DNA from: Narcine bancroftii
Taxonomy: Eukaryota
Length of the DNA stretch: 64,000 bases
Direction of reading: 5' to 3'
Assembly: GCF_036971445.1 (NCBI RefSeq)
Contig: NC_091475.1
Span: 5,394,001-5,458,000 of the forward strand
The position numbers and the translations under genes are program-made. Below are positions 36,921-49,529 of this stretch, piece after piece (position 1 is the first letter of the stretch; the number at the start of each line of letters is the position of its first letter). The notes below the pieces were generated by a model. The model saw nothing but the letters and a program-made list of their open reading frames with translations, searched no databases and had not been told where the DNA came from.

Positions 36921-38529
36921 TGTGACAGATTATGTTGTGTTTGTATTGTGTACAGATATGTTTTTGGGAGATAAATTGGGGCAGATTTTTTAGTGGAGGT
37001 CACATACAAACACTTCAAAACAGATCTTATTTAAAATACTGAAGCTAATCTCTCTCCTTTATGTTTATTTTCCTCCATCCCTCAACTAAATTTAACTCCT
37101 TCAACAATAACAATAATTTCTTAACCATTTTTTTCTTCTGTACAATTCTATCTGATTTATCAATCGCTGGATCTAAACAACAATTAAAATCTCCACCTAT
37201 TATCATATGGTCTTTGGATTCAGACATATTACACAAGACATCCTGAAAAAAGGTCTCATCATCAACATTTGGTGCATAAATATTCACCAATGTCCAAGAT
37301 TTTGCAAAAATCTTACAATTAACTGTCAGCCCTATACCTACCATCTCATATGTAGATTCTAAAGTAAAAGATAACTTATGGATTAAAATCACAACCCCTC
37401 TTGCTTTTGAATTAAAAGAATAAATAACTTGACCTACCCAGTCTTTTTAATTTTTGATGTTCACTATCTGTTAAATGCATTTCTTGTAAAAAAAAGCAAT
37501 ATCCACTTTAAGCTTCTTGATATAATTTAACTCATATTATTGAACCCATTAATATTAAAAGTAGCAAACCTTAAATTAGCCATCCCCATTACCCTCACCA
37601 TATTCTTATTTGAAGAACTGAAGAATTCATATCTAGTGAACTTTACAGAAACTATGGAGAATGCTATGCACATTCCACAAGTAGGTGCTAATTGAAATGA
37701 TGTCATAAAAGAAACAAGCAGGAGTCAGGCTGGCTGGTTGGACATCTCTGCAAAGTCCTCATTCAAAGGTCAATGAGAAGTTTTGTTTACCTAAGACATC
37801 AGATGAGAGCAAAAGACTAACTCCTATTGTTTGCTGGAGAAGGTGGGGGGTTTTGTCGCAAGTGAGAGAGTCACATAGGCTTTCTGGCAGTTGGAAGATG
37901 AAGAGAGAGAGAGGGTCTGGACAGACACAGCTGAAACAAGCAGGAAAAGCTTGTTGGAACTGAAACAGAAAGCTCCAGAGCAGGGGATGGCTGAAGTGCT
38001 ATCTGTCTGATGTTTCTCTTGGAATGAAAGGAACTCTGTGGTGGCCTGAAGAAAGAGGTTGCCATATGGTGAACCCTGATGGGGCAAGTTTCAACTGCGA
38101 GACTTTGAGGTAACTAATAGTGGTATCTCAGTTGTGGAAATCCTGGAACAACAAATCTCTCTCTGCAAACCCTAAAAGAACGTTCTTGAGTGGTAAACAT
38201 CTACCTTTCGAGCACCAAAGCCTGGGAAACTTTATACATGTTAAATTCTGTGCACAGTTTAAGAATTACCTGCAACCAGAGAACTTGGAAGAAGGAAAAG
38301 TGAGATTGAACTGTGAACCAAAGAACTTTTCTTAAATTTACACACACATCATAACATGTGCTTAGAATTAGAAGGGAGTTAATTTGGGTTAGTTAAGTTT
38401 AGAGATAAATTAAAGTTTGATTCCGTTTTCATGTTTAAAGTTGATTAAAAACAAGTTTTGTTTTAAAAACTATTTGTCTTGGTGAATGTCTATTGCTGCT
38501 GGGTTTTGGGGTCCTTTGGGTTTGTAACA
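36921..38529 (+). mobile_element. Large solo LTR interrupted by an L1 fragment
   Basis: tgtgacag ... ttgtaaca termini, flanks ggtg/ggag (probable decayed 4-bp TSD); related to the inverted copy at 38698. Confidence 0.7.
37046..37615 (-). mobile_element. L1-clade endonuclease fragment inside the LTR
   Basis: LVNIYAPNVDD, IIGGDFNCCLDPAIDKS. Confidence 0.85.
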
Positions 38530-38697
38530 GGAGCACTTGGAATTTGCGGAACCCCAATTGTCAATTACAGTTTAAAAGACCTGGTATATACTGGTCATAC
38601 CGCACTCACACAGTAAAGACGAGATAGCGTTTCTCCATGGCCAAGGAGCATATTTACATAACTTAGGTTAGAGTAGAAGTTAAACACATTAAAATAT

Positions 38698-39425
38698 TGT
38701 TACGGAGTCCAGAGGACCCCAAAAACCGACAGCAATAGATATGCACCACAACACAGAGTTATTTAAACAAAAGTAGTTTTTAATTATATTTGAACAAGAA
38801 AACAGAATTAAACTTTAACTTATTACTTACCTACTTACTTAACCTACCTAACTATTTAATCCCCCCTCTAATACTAAGTGCAGGTGTGTGTAATGTATAT
38901 TTAAGATTAGAAAAGTTCTTTGGATCACAGTCCAATCTCACTGGTTGCAGGCAATTCTTGTTCTGTGCACAGAAGTTAACATTAACAAAGTTCACCAGTC
39001 TTTGGTGCTTAACAGGCAAATGGTTACCACTCAGGAGGGTTCCTGCTGGTTTTCAGAGAGAGATTCCTTTTGTTCCAGGACATCTGCACCTGATTCCACT
39101 CAGTCAGTCTTGCTGACTAAATTTGCCCCCTTCAGGGTTCTCCAGATGATCCACTTTCTTTCAGGTCACCTTTCAGACCCCCAGTCTTCTCCTTTGACCA
39201 GGCAGCCTTTTAAAGTTTGCCAGCTTGTCCTTCTGGAGCTGATATCTGTCTCCTTTCTCTCTGTTTCACTCCCTCCCTCTCTGAGAGCAAAACTGTTCTC
39301 CTCTTGCCTGCAAAGATCACATGTTCTCCCAGGCAAGCTGTACTCTGCAACTTTGTTGCTTTCTGCAACAAACATTCTGCAAAAGTCCTGCAAAGATTCT
39401 GTGCTTTAAAGTGTTTGTGTGCAAC
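38698..39425 (-). mobile_element. Second, inverted and truncated LTR of a related family
   Basis: Reverse complement ctattgctgtcggtttttggggtcctctggactccgtaaca matches ctattgctgctgggttttggggtcctttgggtttgtaaca at about 38490-38529; cacaaacactttaaa matches about 37005. Confidence 0.7.
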
Positions 39426-39429
39426 TTGC

Positions 39430-42390
39430 TCGAACAATTCTTGCCAAGCCACCTCTAAATACTCTGCTGTTGCCCAATCTGGACGTAAGGGCCTGAGTGC
39501 TGCAGTATCTCCTACCAAATGGCAGAAGGGAGAACAGTTTACTTGAGGGGTGTGTGGAGTCTTTCACAATGTTTATTGCCTTTCATCTGCATCGAGTGTT
39601 GTAGATGATAGGAAGAGAGCCCCCAATGATCTTTTGCACGGACCACTACCCTCTGCAGGGTCTTGCGGTTCGAGGTGGTACAGCTTCCAAACCAGGTGGA
39701 GATGCAATTGCACAGGATACATCCACTGTAGAACGTAGTGAGGGTGGAGGGTGGGTGATGGACTTTCCTCAGCCTTCACAGGAAGTAGAGGCACTGCTGG
39801 GCTTCTTGGCTATGGAGCTGGTGTTAAAGGATCAAATGAGGTTCTCCAAGGAACTTGATACTTTTGACAATCTCAATGGTGTAGCCGTCAATGGTCAGGA
39901 GAGCGTGGTCCCCCAGGGCCTTCTTGAAGGATGGCCATCTCTTTTTTTTTAAACTTTCAGATACAGGTCATTGACTGTGCACCAGTCCGTTAGCAACTAC
40001 TCTCCTCATTCTCACTCATAAAGCCTACCATGATTGTGTCTTCAGCAAACCTGATTACATGGTTCAAACTGTGCACAGTCATGAGTCAGCAGATTGAACA
40101 GCAGTGGACTCAGCACACAGCTCTGGGGGTCCCCATCCTCAGTTTGATGGTCTTGGAGATGCTGTTACCAATCCAGACTGCCTGAGGTCTCCTTGACAGG
40201 AAGTCAAGAATCCAATTGCAGAGGGAAGTGTTTAGACCAGTGGTTCTCAACCTTTTTCTTTCCACTCACATCCCACTTTAAGTATTCCCTATTGCATAGG
40301 TGCTCTCTGATTAGGAAGGGATGGCTTAAGATGGGATGTGGGTGGAAAGGAAAAAGTTCGAAAACCACTGTTTTAATCGTACCTCATTGGCTCATTATGT
40401 GCAGGGTTTCATAACTCCAAAGGAAATGGGCCAATGACCATTTTTCTCAAGCAAAATATTTCAGGAACAATGGGGTCTAGAGTAGTGATTATCAACCTTC
40501 CCTTCCCACCCACATCCCACCTTAAGCAATCCCTTACTAACCACAAAGCACCAATGGCATAGGGATTACTTAAAGTGGGATGTGAGTGGAAAGAAAAAGG
40601 TTGAGAACCACAGATTTAATCCCAGCAGGCTCAAACTCCTTATTACATACTGTGGTATGATTGTGTTAAAACAGTACTTGAACATACTAGTCCTTGTTTT
40701 CCAGGTGGGTGAGGGCTAGATGGAGGGCAGAGGCGATGGCATCATCAGTAGAGCAATTGGGTCTGTATGCGAACTGCAGGGAGTCTAGTGACGGGGGAAA
40801 CAGGAGCCATGACGAGCCTCTCAGAGCACTTCATGACGATGGACGTGGGTGCGACAGGGTTGTAGTCATAGAGACAGGACACAGATGACTTCTTTGGCAT
40901 GGGGACAATGGTAGCAGCTTTGAAGTGGGACCACAGCACTGCTCAGGGAGATGTTAAAGATGTCGGTGAGAACATCTGCTAGCTGAGCCGTATATCCCCT
41001 GAGCACCCTGCTGGGAATGTTATCCAGTCCAGCAGCTGTCTGCGGGTTGACTTTGCTTAGCTCTTTTCATGTCAGCTACTGCAAGACACAGCACCAGGTC
41101 ATTTTGAGGAGAGGCAGTCTTCTTCACTGCCACATTGTTTTGAAGATGTTCAGTGCATCTGGGAGGCAGACATCACCAGCACAGGCAGATGGAGTGGTCC
41201 TGTGGTTGGTGATGTCTTGGATGCCCTTCCACGTGTTGCATGTCTTTGCTGCCCAGGAGGTGACTGTGAATGTGCAGGGCATGTGCATGCTTTGCTTCCC
41301 TAATGGCCTTAAACAGCTTGGCTCTTGCAATACCTAGGGCTACCTTGTCATCTGGTCCTGAACAGCATGCGCACCTCCGCTGTCGTCCACGGCTTCTGAT
41401 TGGAGCACGTCTTGGGCACAGTGCGTTGTCCGAACACTTACTGATGTAGCGGGTCACTGATGCCGCGTATTCTTCCAGACTGTCTCCATCAGATGCTGCT
41501 TCCTTGAACGTGTTCCAGTCAATGCGCTCAAAGCATTCTTGAATGGCCCCCACTGGCCAGGTTTTAATCTGCTTCCAAACTGGTCTGGAGCATCTGACGA
41601 GCAGTCTGTATGCTGGGATCAGCATTACAGAGATGTGGTCTGAGTATCCGAGGTGGGGGTCACTGCTCCGCATAATACGTGTCGGAGATGTTCATTAACA
41701 CAGAGTCCAACGTGTTCGCTCCTCTCATAGCAAAGTCCACATGCTGATGGAATTTAGGTTGCCTTGACATGAGGTTCACCTGGTTGAAATCCCCAGCGCT
41801 AATTATCAGTCTGTCAGGGTGTGTGGTCTGCACTTCGTTTATAGCCTCATACAGTTCCCAGATTGCCTCCTTGGTGCTGGCACCAGGGGGATGTACACTG
41901 CATGTATGAGGAGTGTGGTGAATTCCCACGGTAGATAAAATGGTCTACATCTGACTGTCACAAATTCCACCAGCTTTGAGCAATGACTGGAGATTCCTTC
42001 CAAGTCCTTGCATCATTTTGTGTTGACGTCGACGCACAGGCCACTGCCACAGACTTTACCACTCAAAGCAGCATCTCAGGCCAAAATAAGGTGAGCCTGT
42101 CCAGCTGAATGGCGGTGTCCGGGACCCTGTCACAGAGCCGCGTCTCTGTGAAGACCAGAGAACAGCAGTCCCTGTAATCGCGCTGCGAAGACGTTTGGAG
42201 TCGGGTGTCGTCCATTTTGTTCCCCAGGGAGCAGACCCTGGCGAGCAGAATGGACAGGAGAGCCGGGCGGGCAGCCTGGCACGGACCCTTGCTCTCTTAC
42301 CGCGCTTCCTGCACCCCGCGCACAGCTTCCTTCTCCTCTGCGATCCCCAGGCTTTTAGGCCTAGACCCATGATCGCATCCACCCGTCACA
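39430..42390 (-). mobile_element. Decayed L2-clade LINE (APE plus RT), interrupted by MITE A
   Basis: [47 protein letters not shown]. Confidence 0.85.
40238..40613 (+). mobile_element. Dimeric MITE family A, copy 3
   Basis: Same termini, monomers and spacer as 30821-31199. Confidence 0.9.
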
Positions 42391-42719
42391 TGGTCATGTA
42401 GCTTGTCTTTAAATAATTGATGGCCATAATTATAAAAATTAAAACTATGTAACTTTTTAACAATTTAACTGTACTGTTCAACTATTTTTAACAAAACAAA
42501 AAGGAAACTACAAGTGTCCAGGAGAGGCCTCTGCATCCAATGTCATGCCACTCCCACCCACCCGCAGCACTAGCGTCTGGGTCCGGCATGTGTTACTGCT
42601 TGAAAAGGCACCAGTCTGAGACCAAGGGTCCTGCCTGCTCCAAACCCCAATCGCCCTTGTTGTCCTGCCCCAAGTTCTTCAACTGGCCATTTCTACCCAT
42701 GGGTGATGCCCGCCCCGTG

Positions 42720-42889
42720 GTCCTCCTCCACCGATTCTCCCCCGCCCCTCCTCCGCCGATTCCCCACCTGCCCCGCTCATCCTCTGCCGATTCTCCGCCC
42801 GTCCCGCTCCTCCTCCACCAATTCCACTCCCGCTCGCTCCTCCGATTCCTCACCGCCCCGCTCCTCCTCCACCAATTCCCCACCACCCC
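42720..42889. repeat. Imperfect C-rich tandem repeat (about 25-30 bp unit, tcctcctccaccgattc...ccgc) x about 6
   Basis: Repeated ctcc(a/g)cc(g/a)attc cores. Confidence 0.7.
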
Positions 42890-43153
42890 TGTTACATAGT
42901 GGAAACTTGGGACTATTTTATGCAGTAACTGAAGCACTGCTCGACTGCAAGAGCCACATCACACTTGAGGGTGAGCATGCTCAGTGAGACACATTGTAAG
43001 AGCCCAATCACACTGAGTGGTGAGCATACTCAGTGCAACAGTGTATTCATACATGATTGGCAGCCTGAGATGTGAGTAAAATTTGTGCTGTAAACTTACA
43101 AGCTTCTCTGAGTGTTTATTAAAACCTCCGATAGTACAACCGAGGACATAACA

Positions 43154-43172
43154 TGGTGGCAGCGGTGGGATT
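43154..43172 (+). other. Primer-binding site complementary to the tRNA-Leu 3' end
   Basis: tggtggcagcggtgggatt directly after the LTR is the complement of ...AATCCCACCGCTGCCA-CCA of vertebrate tRNA-Leu(AAG/UAG type), recalled from memory. Confidence 0.8.
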
Positions 43173-43425
43173 GACAGAAACCCACATCAGATAAGAAAAA
43201 AAACCCTATAAACTAAAATAAATACGAAGAGAAGAAACAAAGGAAAGAAGCAGCATTACCTGACGACCAGAGCTGGAGAAGAAGATGGCCGCAGCAGCAT
43301 TACACCCAGTCATGGACTGGGAAGCTCACGATGTCATAAAGGTTTTGAAAAAGGTCAAGCTGAAGTTCAACCTGGCATTCAAAAGTCTCCTCAAGGGAAT
43401 CACACCAGAGGAAAAGGTTAGGTAC

Positions 43426-45285
43426 TGTGTTGGTACACCTCCGGCCTACTGCAGGGGGCAACACCTGTACCTGCAGGAGTGTAAGGGATCAGGCCCCACC
43501 CAGCCGGGTGTCAATCACCCTCCAGGATAGAAGCCTGCTCCGGCCTCCCGAAGCTCACTCAGAGTTACTGCAGCTACAGCCAGCCTGGCTCTGTGGAAGT
43601 ATTTGTAGATTAAAGCCTGTTGAACAGTCTTTATCTTGTGTGTGTCTGATTCTGGCTAACAGCGCACCACAATTTAATCCACAAAATTTTCCCACGGCTG
43701 CCATGGAAAAATTCCTGAGCGCAGGGAGCCATGAAGTCGACCCACGCCACCTGGAAGCCCAGACACACTTCAAGAGCTGGCAGCACACAATCGAGGCAAT
43801 CATCGAGGCACACTCAGATCGGAAGAGGTTGGTCCTACTCTGTTCAAAGCTGGGTCCCCACGCCCACAAAGGCTGCTCCACGTACAAGAGGGCAATAGAC
43901 ACTCTCGAGAACTTGTACAAGCCCTCCATGAATGCAGTCTGTGCAAGGTACCTCCTCAACACCCGAGCCCAGCAACCCGGGGTGACAGCTGAGTCTTACC
44001 TGGGACACCTGCAAGAGTTGGCCTGACCGTGTCTGGCTGAATCCAGGGTAGGTGCAGAGGAGGTCGAGAGGCTGATCCGGGATGCCTTTGTCCGAGGGCT
44101 ACGCTCGAGGGCCATTCAGCAGAAACTGCTGGAAGGCAATATCGACATCCTAACCAAGACAGTGGAAGTGGTCCAGACCCTGGAAGCGGCAGCCCTGCAC
44201 ATCGAAGCCTTTGATTCCAGGTTCCCCCAGGCTCCCTCATAGCCCTCTCACACTGCAGCTGCAGCCCTAGACCGAGCTGGGGAGGTAAACATCGCTGCGG
44301 CAGGCACCCAGCATCCCTGTAAGTACTGTGGGTCCTGGTGTAGGTCAGACCGACGATCGCGCCAAACCTGCCCAGCTGGGGACCAGTATTGTTCCCAATG
44401 CGGCAAGAAAGGCTACTTCACTAAGTGTGCCTCTCAAAACCAGCCGGCAGCTCAGCGGCCCTCTATGATCTATCCACCTCCCTCCACGTGCGCATGCTGG
44501 GCGGCGCCATTGTTCCCGCTATGACTTCCGCCTTCCCTGACCTTGACGTTGCAACATCCGGCTCCGCCAGTGACTGTCGCAGCGTGTGCCCCGAGCACCT
44601 GGACCAGCCCCCGCCCTCACCAGCGCTGCTCGCCGAGAACTACAGCGACGTCACTTCCGGCTGACATAATGACGTCACTGCCGCTGGCCGCGATGATGTC
44701 ACTTCCCCCGGTGCAATGAACACGGCTGGGGAAGGAGGCCAGCCACACAGTGAGCCCTCACGTGCCGCTGCCATCTTAGGCCAGGCAGTGGCCGACACGG
44801 AAGGCCCCCAACAATGTTGAGAATGATGTGGACGACACAGGCGGTGATGAGGCCGCCCTACCAATGCTAACCACGCCTCCGGATGCCATCGGCTAACGCA
44901 CGCTGCACCCCACAACCAATGTTGACATGGTCAACACAGGCGATGACCAGGCCTCCCTACCCACGCTCCCCACATCTCCGGATGCCATAAATTGCTGCAC
45001 ACAACCGAAGAGCGATGACTCCGATTCCAAGACGGTCCTGACCAGGGACGTCCCTCCCGACCTCAGGCACTGTATGATGGATTTGCAAGTCAACAGGCAG
45101 GTAATGAAGTGCCTGTTCGACAGTGGCAGCATCGAGAGCTTCATTCACCTGAGCGTGGCCCACTCCCTGAGATTAAAAGTCCACCCCACCACCTGCTCGA
45201 TTCTCATCGCCGCCAAGGATAAGACTGTTGATACTCTCGGGTACTGCTCAGCCAATATAACTGTGGGAGGGGAAACTAAACCAGA
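43426..45285 (+). mobile_element. Nested Gypsy fragment (LTR 43426-43671, gag, protease), related to the element at 19804
   Basis: gag MEKFLSAGSHEVDP..ARYLLNTRAQQPG, knuckle CKYCG..CP..CSQCGKKG, protease CLFDSGSIESFIH. Confidence 0.9.
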
Positions 45286-46646
45286 TTAAAGAAGAAACCA
45301 CAAAGGATGAAGAGCTCCAGCTGATCTCCCAATAGGTGATACAGAGATGGCCAGAAAGGATAAAACAGGTACAGCCTACAATACGTCAGTATTGGGCTAT
45401 CAGGGATGACATATCCCTGGAGAATGGGGTACTGCTGGCAGGGTCTCAGCTGATAATACCAGAGACAATGAAAAAAGAAATTCTCCAGAAAATACACCAA
45501 GGCCACATGAGAATGGAGAAATGCAAACTTAGAGCAAAGTCAGCAGTTTACTGGACAGGCATGTACAAGGACATCAACAACATAGTGGCTACATGACCGG
45601 CATGCCATAAATACAGAAATACCCAACAAAAAGAAGCGATGATACCTGCGGAAATACCCGCCAGGCCATGGGATACAGTGGGAGCAGACCTGTTCACAGA
45701 AAACCAAGAATGTTATCTGATTGTGTCCTGCTACTACTCCAAATTCCCCTTCATCAGGAAAGTGAAGGACCTGAAAGCATTGACCACCACTGCGCTCTTC
45801 ACAGAACAAGGGATACCCAACAAGTGATATGTGACAATGGGACCCAATTCACATCACGTGAATTCAGAGAAATAGCTGCAGAATATGGATTTACCATCAC
45901 TACTTCATCACCACATTACCCCAAAGGCCATGGATTCACTGAGAGGCATGTACAGAAAATTAAACCCACTCTCAGAAAGTGTTGAGAAACAAAGGAAGAT
46001 CCATACCTCGCCCTTCTGTCATTGCGAGCCATGCCTTTGAGGGCTGACATGAAATCCCCAGCAGAGCTTCTGAATGGCAGAAAGTACAAGGCAACCCTGC
46101 CAAGCAAAATCCATCCACCAGACAACCAAGAGGAAACAAGAAGAAAGTTGACTAACATACAAGAGGAAAGTTGCCAACATTATAATAAACATGCACAAAC
46201 ATGACTAGAACTCTTCAGAGGGCAGCATGTGCATGTTCAAGAGGCAGAGACAAAAACCTGGAGTTCAGCAAAGATTGTTAGAGAAGCCGAGATGCCAAGG
46301 TCATACATCATAGAGACAGAATCTGATAGGCAGCTGAGACGAAACAGAATCCACATTCGCCCAACCCCAGATCTGACACGGAAAGCACCAGAAGCACCAG
46401 CAACTTCTAACAATTCAGAAACTCATGAAGGAATGCAAGTAGAAACCCCAGCCAACAACAGCATGACAACTGAACAGCTTGCAACAGAAGAACCGAGGCA
46501 AGCAACACCACCATCCACAACTGTACTAACACCACCGAAGCAAACAAACACAACAAAATCTACAAGTGGAGAAGCAACATCCTACCATCAGTGCTATACC
46601 GCTGAGAAGAATATAGAACTGCAATTGTATAATTAGAATATTTAAT

Positions 46647-48709
46647 TCTTTTTTTTATTTTTCACACTATGAACCATATCAACCAAAATATGTACTAACG
46701 TTTCTCATTAAATTTACTTCGTGGTCTTTTCTCCCTTTTTTCCCCTTTCCCTCCCTCCCCTATATCACTCCCCTCCAAAACCCATAAACATTCAACATAT
46801 ACAATATAATAAAACCATAAAACAATATCTTCACTCAAAGGAAAATAAACAAGAAAAATACTTCATCTATTTATTACACACTGAATCTAGTCGTTTTGTC
46901 TTCTTATCATTTTCATTTTAGGGGATGGAGGTCCAAGGCAAGCTCTCTCTGATATGTTCCATGTATGGTTCCCAAATTTGTTCAAACATTGTGACTTTAT
47001 TTTTTAAATTATATGTTATTTTTTCCAATGAAATACATTTATTCATTCCCATGTACCATTGCTCTATACTCATGCTCTTCCATTTTCCAAGTTGACATTA
47101 TATTATTTTTTGGCTATTGCTAAGGCTATCATAATGAATTTTTTTTGCACTTTATCCAATTTGAGGCCTAATTCTCTACTTCTTATGTTACTTAAAAGAA
47201 ATATCTCTGGTTTTTTGTTATGTTATTTTTTGTAATTTTATTTAGTATCTGATTTAGTTCTTCCCAAAACGTATTTACTTTCGTACATGCCCAAGTTGCA
47301 TGTAATGTTGTACCCATTTCCTTCTTACATCTATCTGATAATGTTGGATCCCATTTTTTTAATTTTTGAGGAGTGATGTATACCCTGTGTAACCAATTAT
47401 ACTGTATCATGCGTGACCTTGTGTTTATTGTATTCTTCATAGTTCCAGAACATAACTTTTCCCATACTTCACATTATTTATCTTTATGTTTAGATCCTTT
47501 CCCCACTTCTGCCTAGGTTTATAGCTTTTTTCATTTCCTTATCTTGCAGCTTAATGTACATGTTGGTTATAAATCTTTTGATTATCATTGTGTTTGTAAT
47601 CACGTATTCAAAGCTGCTTCCTTCAGGTAATCTCAAGCTGTTACCCAATTTATCCTTTAAATAAGCTTTCAACTGATGATATGCAAACATTGTACCATCA
47701 GTTATTCCATATTTGTACTTCAACTGTTAAAATATTAATAAATTATTTTCCAAAAAACAATTTTCTATTCTTTTGATTCCTTTTCTCTCCCATTCTCTAA
47801 AGGAAAGGTTGTCTATTGTAAAAGGATTTTGCATCAATAGTAATTTTGGTATTTGATAATTCATTTATTTCCTTTCAAAGTGGATCTTCTTCCATGTATT
47901 AAGTAAATGATGCAGTACTGGTGAGTTTTTATATTGCACCAGCTTTTCATCCCACTTATAAAGTGTATGTTCCAATACCTTCTCCCCTATTTTATCTAGT
48001 TCTATCTTAGTCCGGTCTGGTTTTTCCCTCGTCTGGTAAAAATCTGATAAATACCTTAATTGTGTGGCTCTATAATAATTTCTAAAATTTGGTAACTGCA
48101 AACCTCTCTGTTAATTTATCTAACGCTACCCTTGGATTCCTCCCTTTCTACAAGAATTTCCTTATTATTCTCTTTAGTTCATTAAAGAATTTTTCTGTTA
48201 AAGGAATTGGTAACATTTGAAATAAGTATTGTATCCTTGGGAACACGTTCATTTTAATGCAGTTTACCCTCCCTATCAACGTTAGCGGTAATTCTTTCCA
48301 ATGTTTTAAGTCTTCCTGCAATTTCTTTATTCGTGGCTGATAATTTAGTTTGTACAAGTGGCTTAAATTATTATCTAACCTGATCCCTAGGTATCGGATT
48401 ACTTGTGCTTGCCATTTAAATGGTGATTCTTTTTTAAATTCTGTATAGTCTGCGTTACTCATTGGCATCACTTCATTTTTATTTGCGTTGATCTTGTACC
48501 CCGATATTTCTCCATATTCCTTCAATTTCTTATGTAATTCTTTTACTGATACCTCTGGTTCTGTTAGGTATACTATGATGTTATCTGCAAATAAGCTGAT
48601 TTTATACTCCTTCTCCTTTATTTTTATCCTTTTTATTTTATTTTCTATTCTTATCAGTTCTGCCAAAGGTTCTATTGCTAAGGCGAACAATGAGGGGGAT
48701 AGTGGACAT
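46647..48709 (-). mobile_element. 5'-truncated L1-clade LINE (RT to 3' end with A-rich tail)
   Basis: CPLSPSLFALAIEPL, ISLFADN, IRYLGI, LIGRVNCIKMN, HATWAC; T-rich tail at 46647. Confidence 0.92.
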
Positions 48710-49256
48710 TCTGGTCTCCATATTTGAGGAAGGATATACTGGCTTTGGAGACGGTCCAGAGGAGGTTTATTAGGTTGATCCCTGGGATGAAGGGGTTGAC
48801 TTATGATGAAAGATTAAATCGTCTAGGATTGTATTCGCTCGAGTTCAGAAGAATGAGAGGAGATCTTATAGAAACATATAGGATTATGAAGGGTATGGAT
48901 AGGATAGATGTAGGAAGGTTTTTTGAGCTGGCTGGGGAAACTAAAACGAGAGGACACAGTCTCAAGATTCGGGGGAGTAGATTTAGGACAGAGATGAGGA
49001 AAAATAGTTTTTCCCAGAGAGTAGTGAATGTTTGGAATTCTCTAACTAGGGAAGTGGTTGAGGCTGCCTCATTAAACATATTTAAAATTTGGTTAGATAA
49101 ATTTTTACATGATAGAGGAATTAGGGGATATGGGGAGAAGGCAGGTAGGTGGAGTTAGGTCATAAATTAGACCAGCCATGATCGTATTGAATGGGGGAGC
49201 AGGCTCGATGGGCCATTTGTGGCCTACTCCTGTTCCTACTTCCTATGTTCCTATGT
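48710..49256 (+). mobile_element. Young CR1 3' fragment
   Basis: Open 144-aa stretch LETVQRRF..RGDLIETY..FSQRVVNVWNSL; (CCTATGTT)-type tail. Confidence 0.92.
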
Positions 49257-49319
49257 ACAACCTCGCAAAGCAGCGTTCCTAATTTTTTTTCATGCTTAAA
49301 CTTACATAAAATTTAAATT

Positions 49320-49425
49320 TAGATGTTCAGAACTGTAACCGGCTGATTCGAATCCAGGTCCGGTCCTGAATGCTGACATTGTAAAGACGTTGCACTAACT
49401 ACTATGCCAGCCGTGCTGCCCCCAA
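49320..49425 (-). mobile_element. tRNA-derived SINE head
   Basis: Minus: ggggcagcacggctggcatagtagttag (A box) ... ggattcgaatc (B box). Confidence 0.65.
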
Positions 49426-49529
49426 ATGTCTGATCGTTGGTGCAAAACATGCATACACAATCAAGTTCAACAGTTGAAGGGCAATCAAGATCAGGTGGCC
49501 AAACCTTCACTATAAAAATGAGATTGTGT

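Larger units (their letters stand above)
42890..46640 (+). mobile_element. Gypsy LTR retrotransposon relic: 5' LTR 42890-43153, tRNA-Leu PBS, gag start 43285, integrase about 45290-46400
   Basis: TG..CA LTR; integrase HHCC region (IHQGH..KC..ACHKY), PWDTVGADLF, DNGTQFTS, SPHYPKGHGFTER. The middle is replaced by a nested element. Confidence 0.9.
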
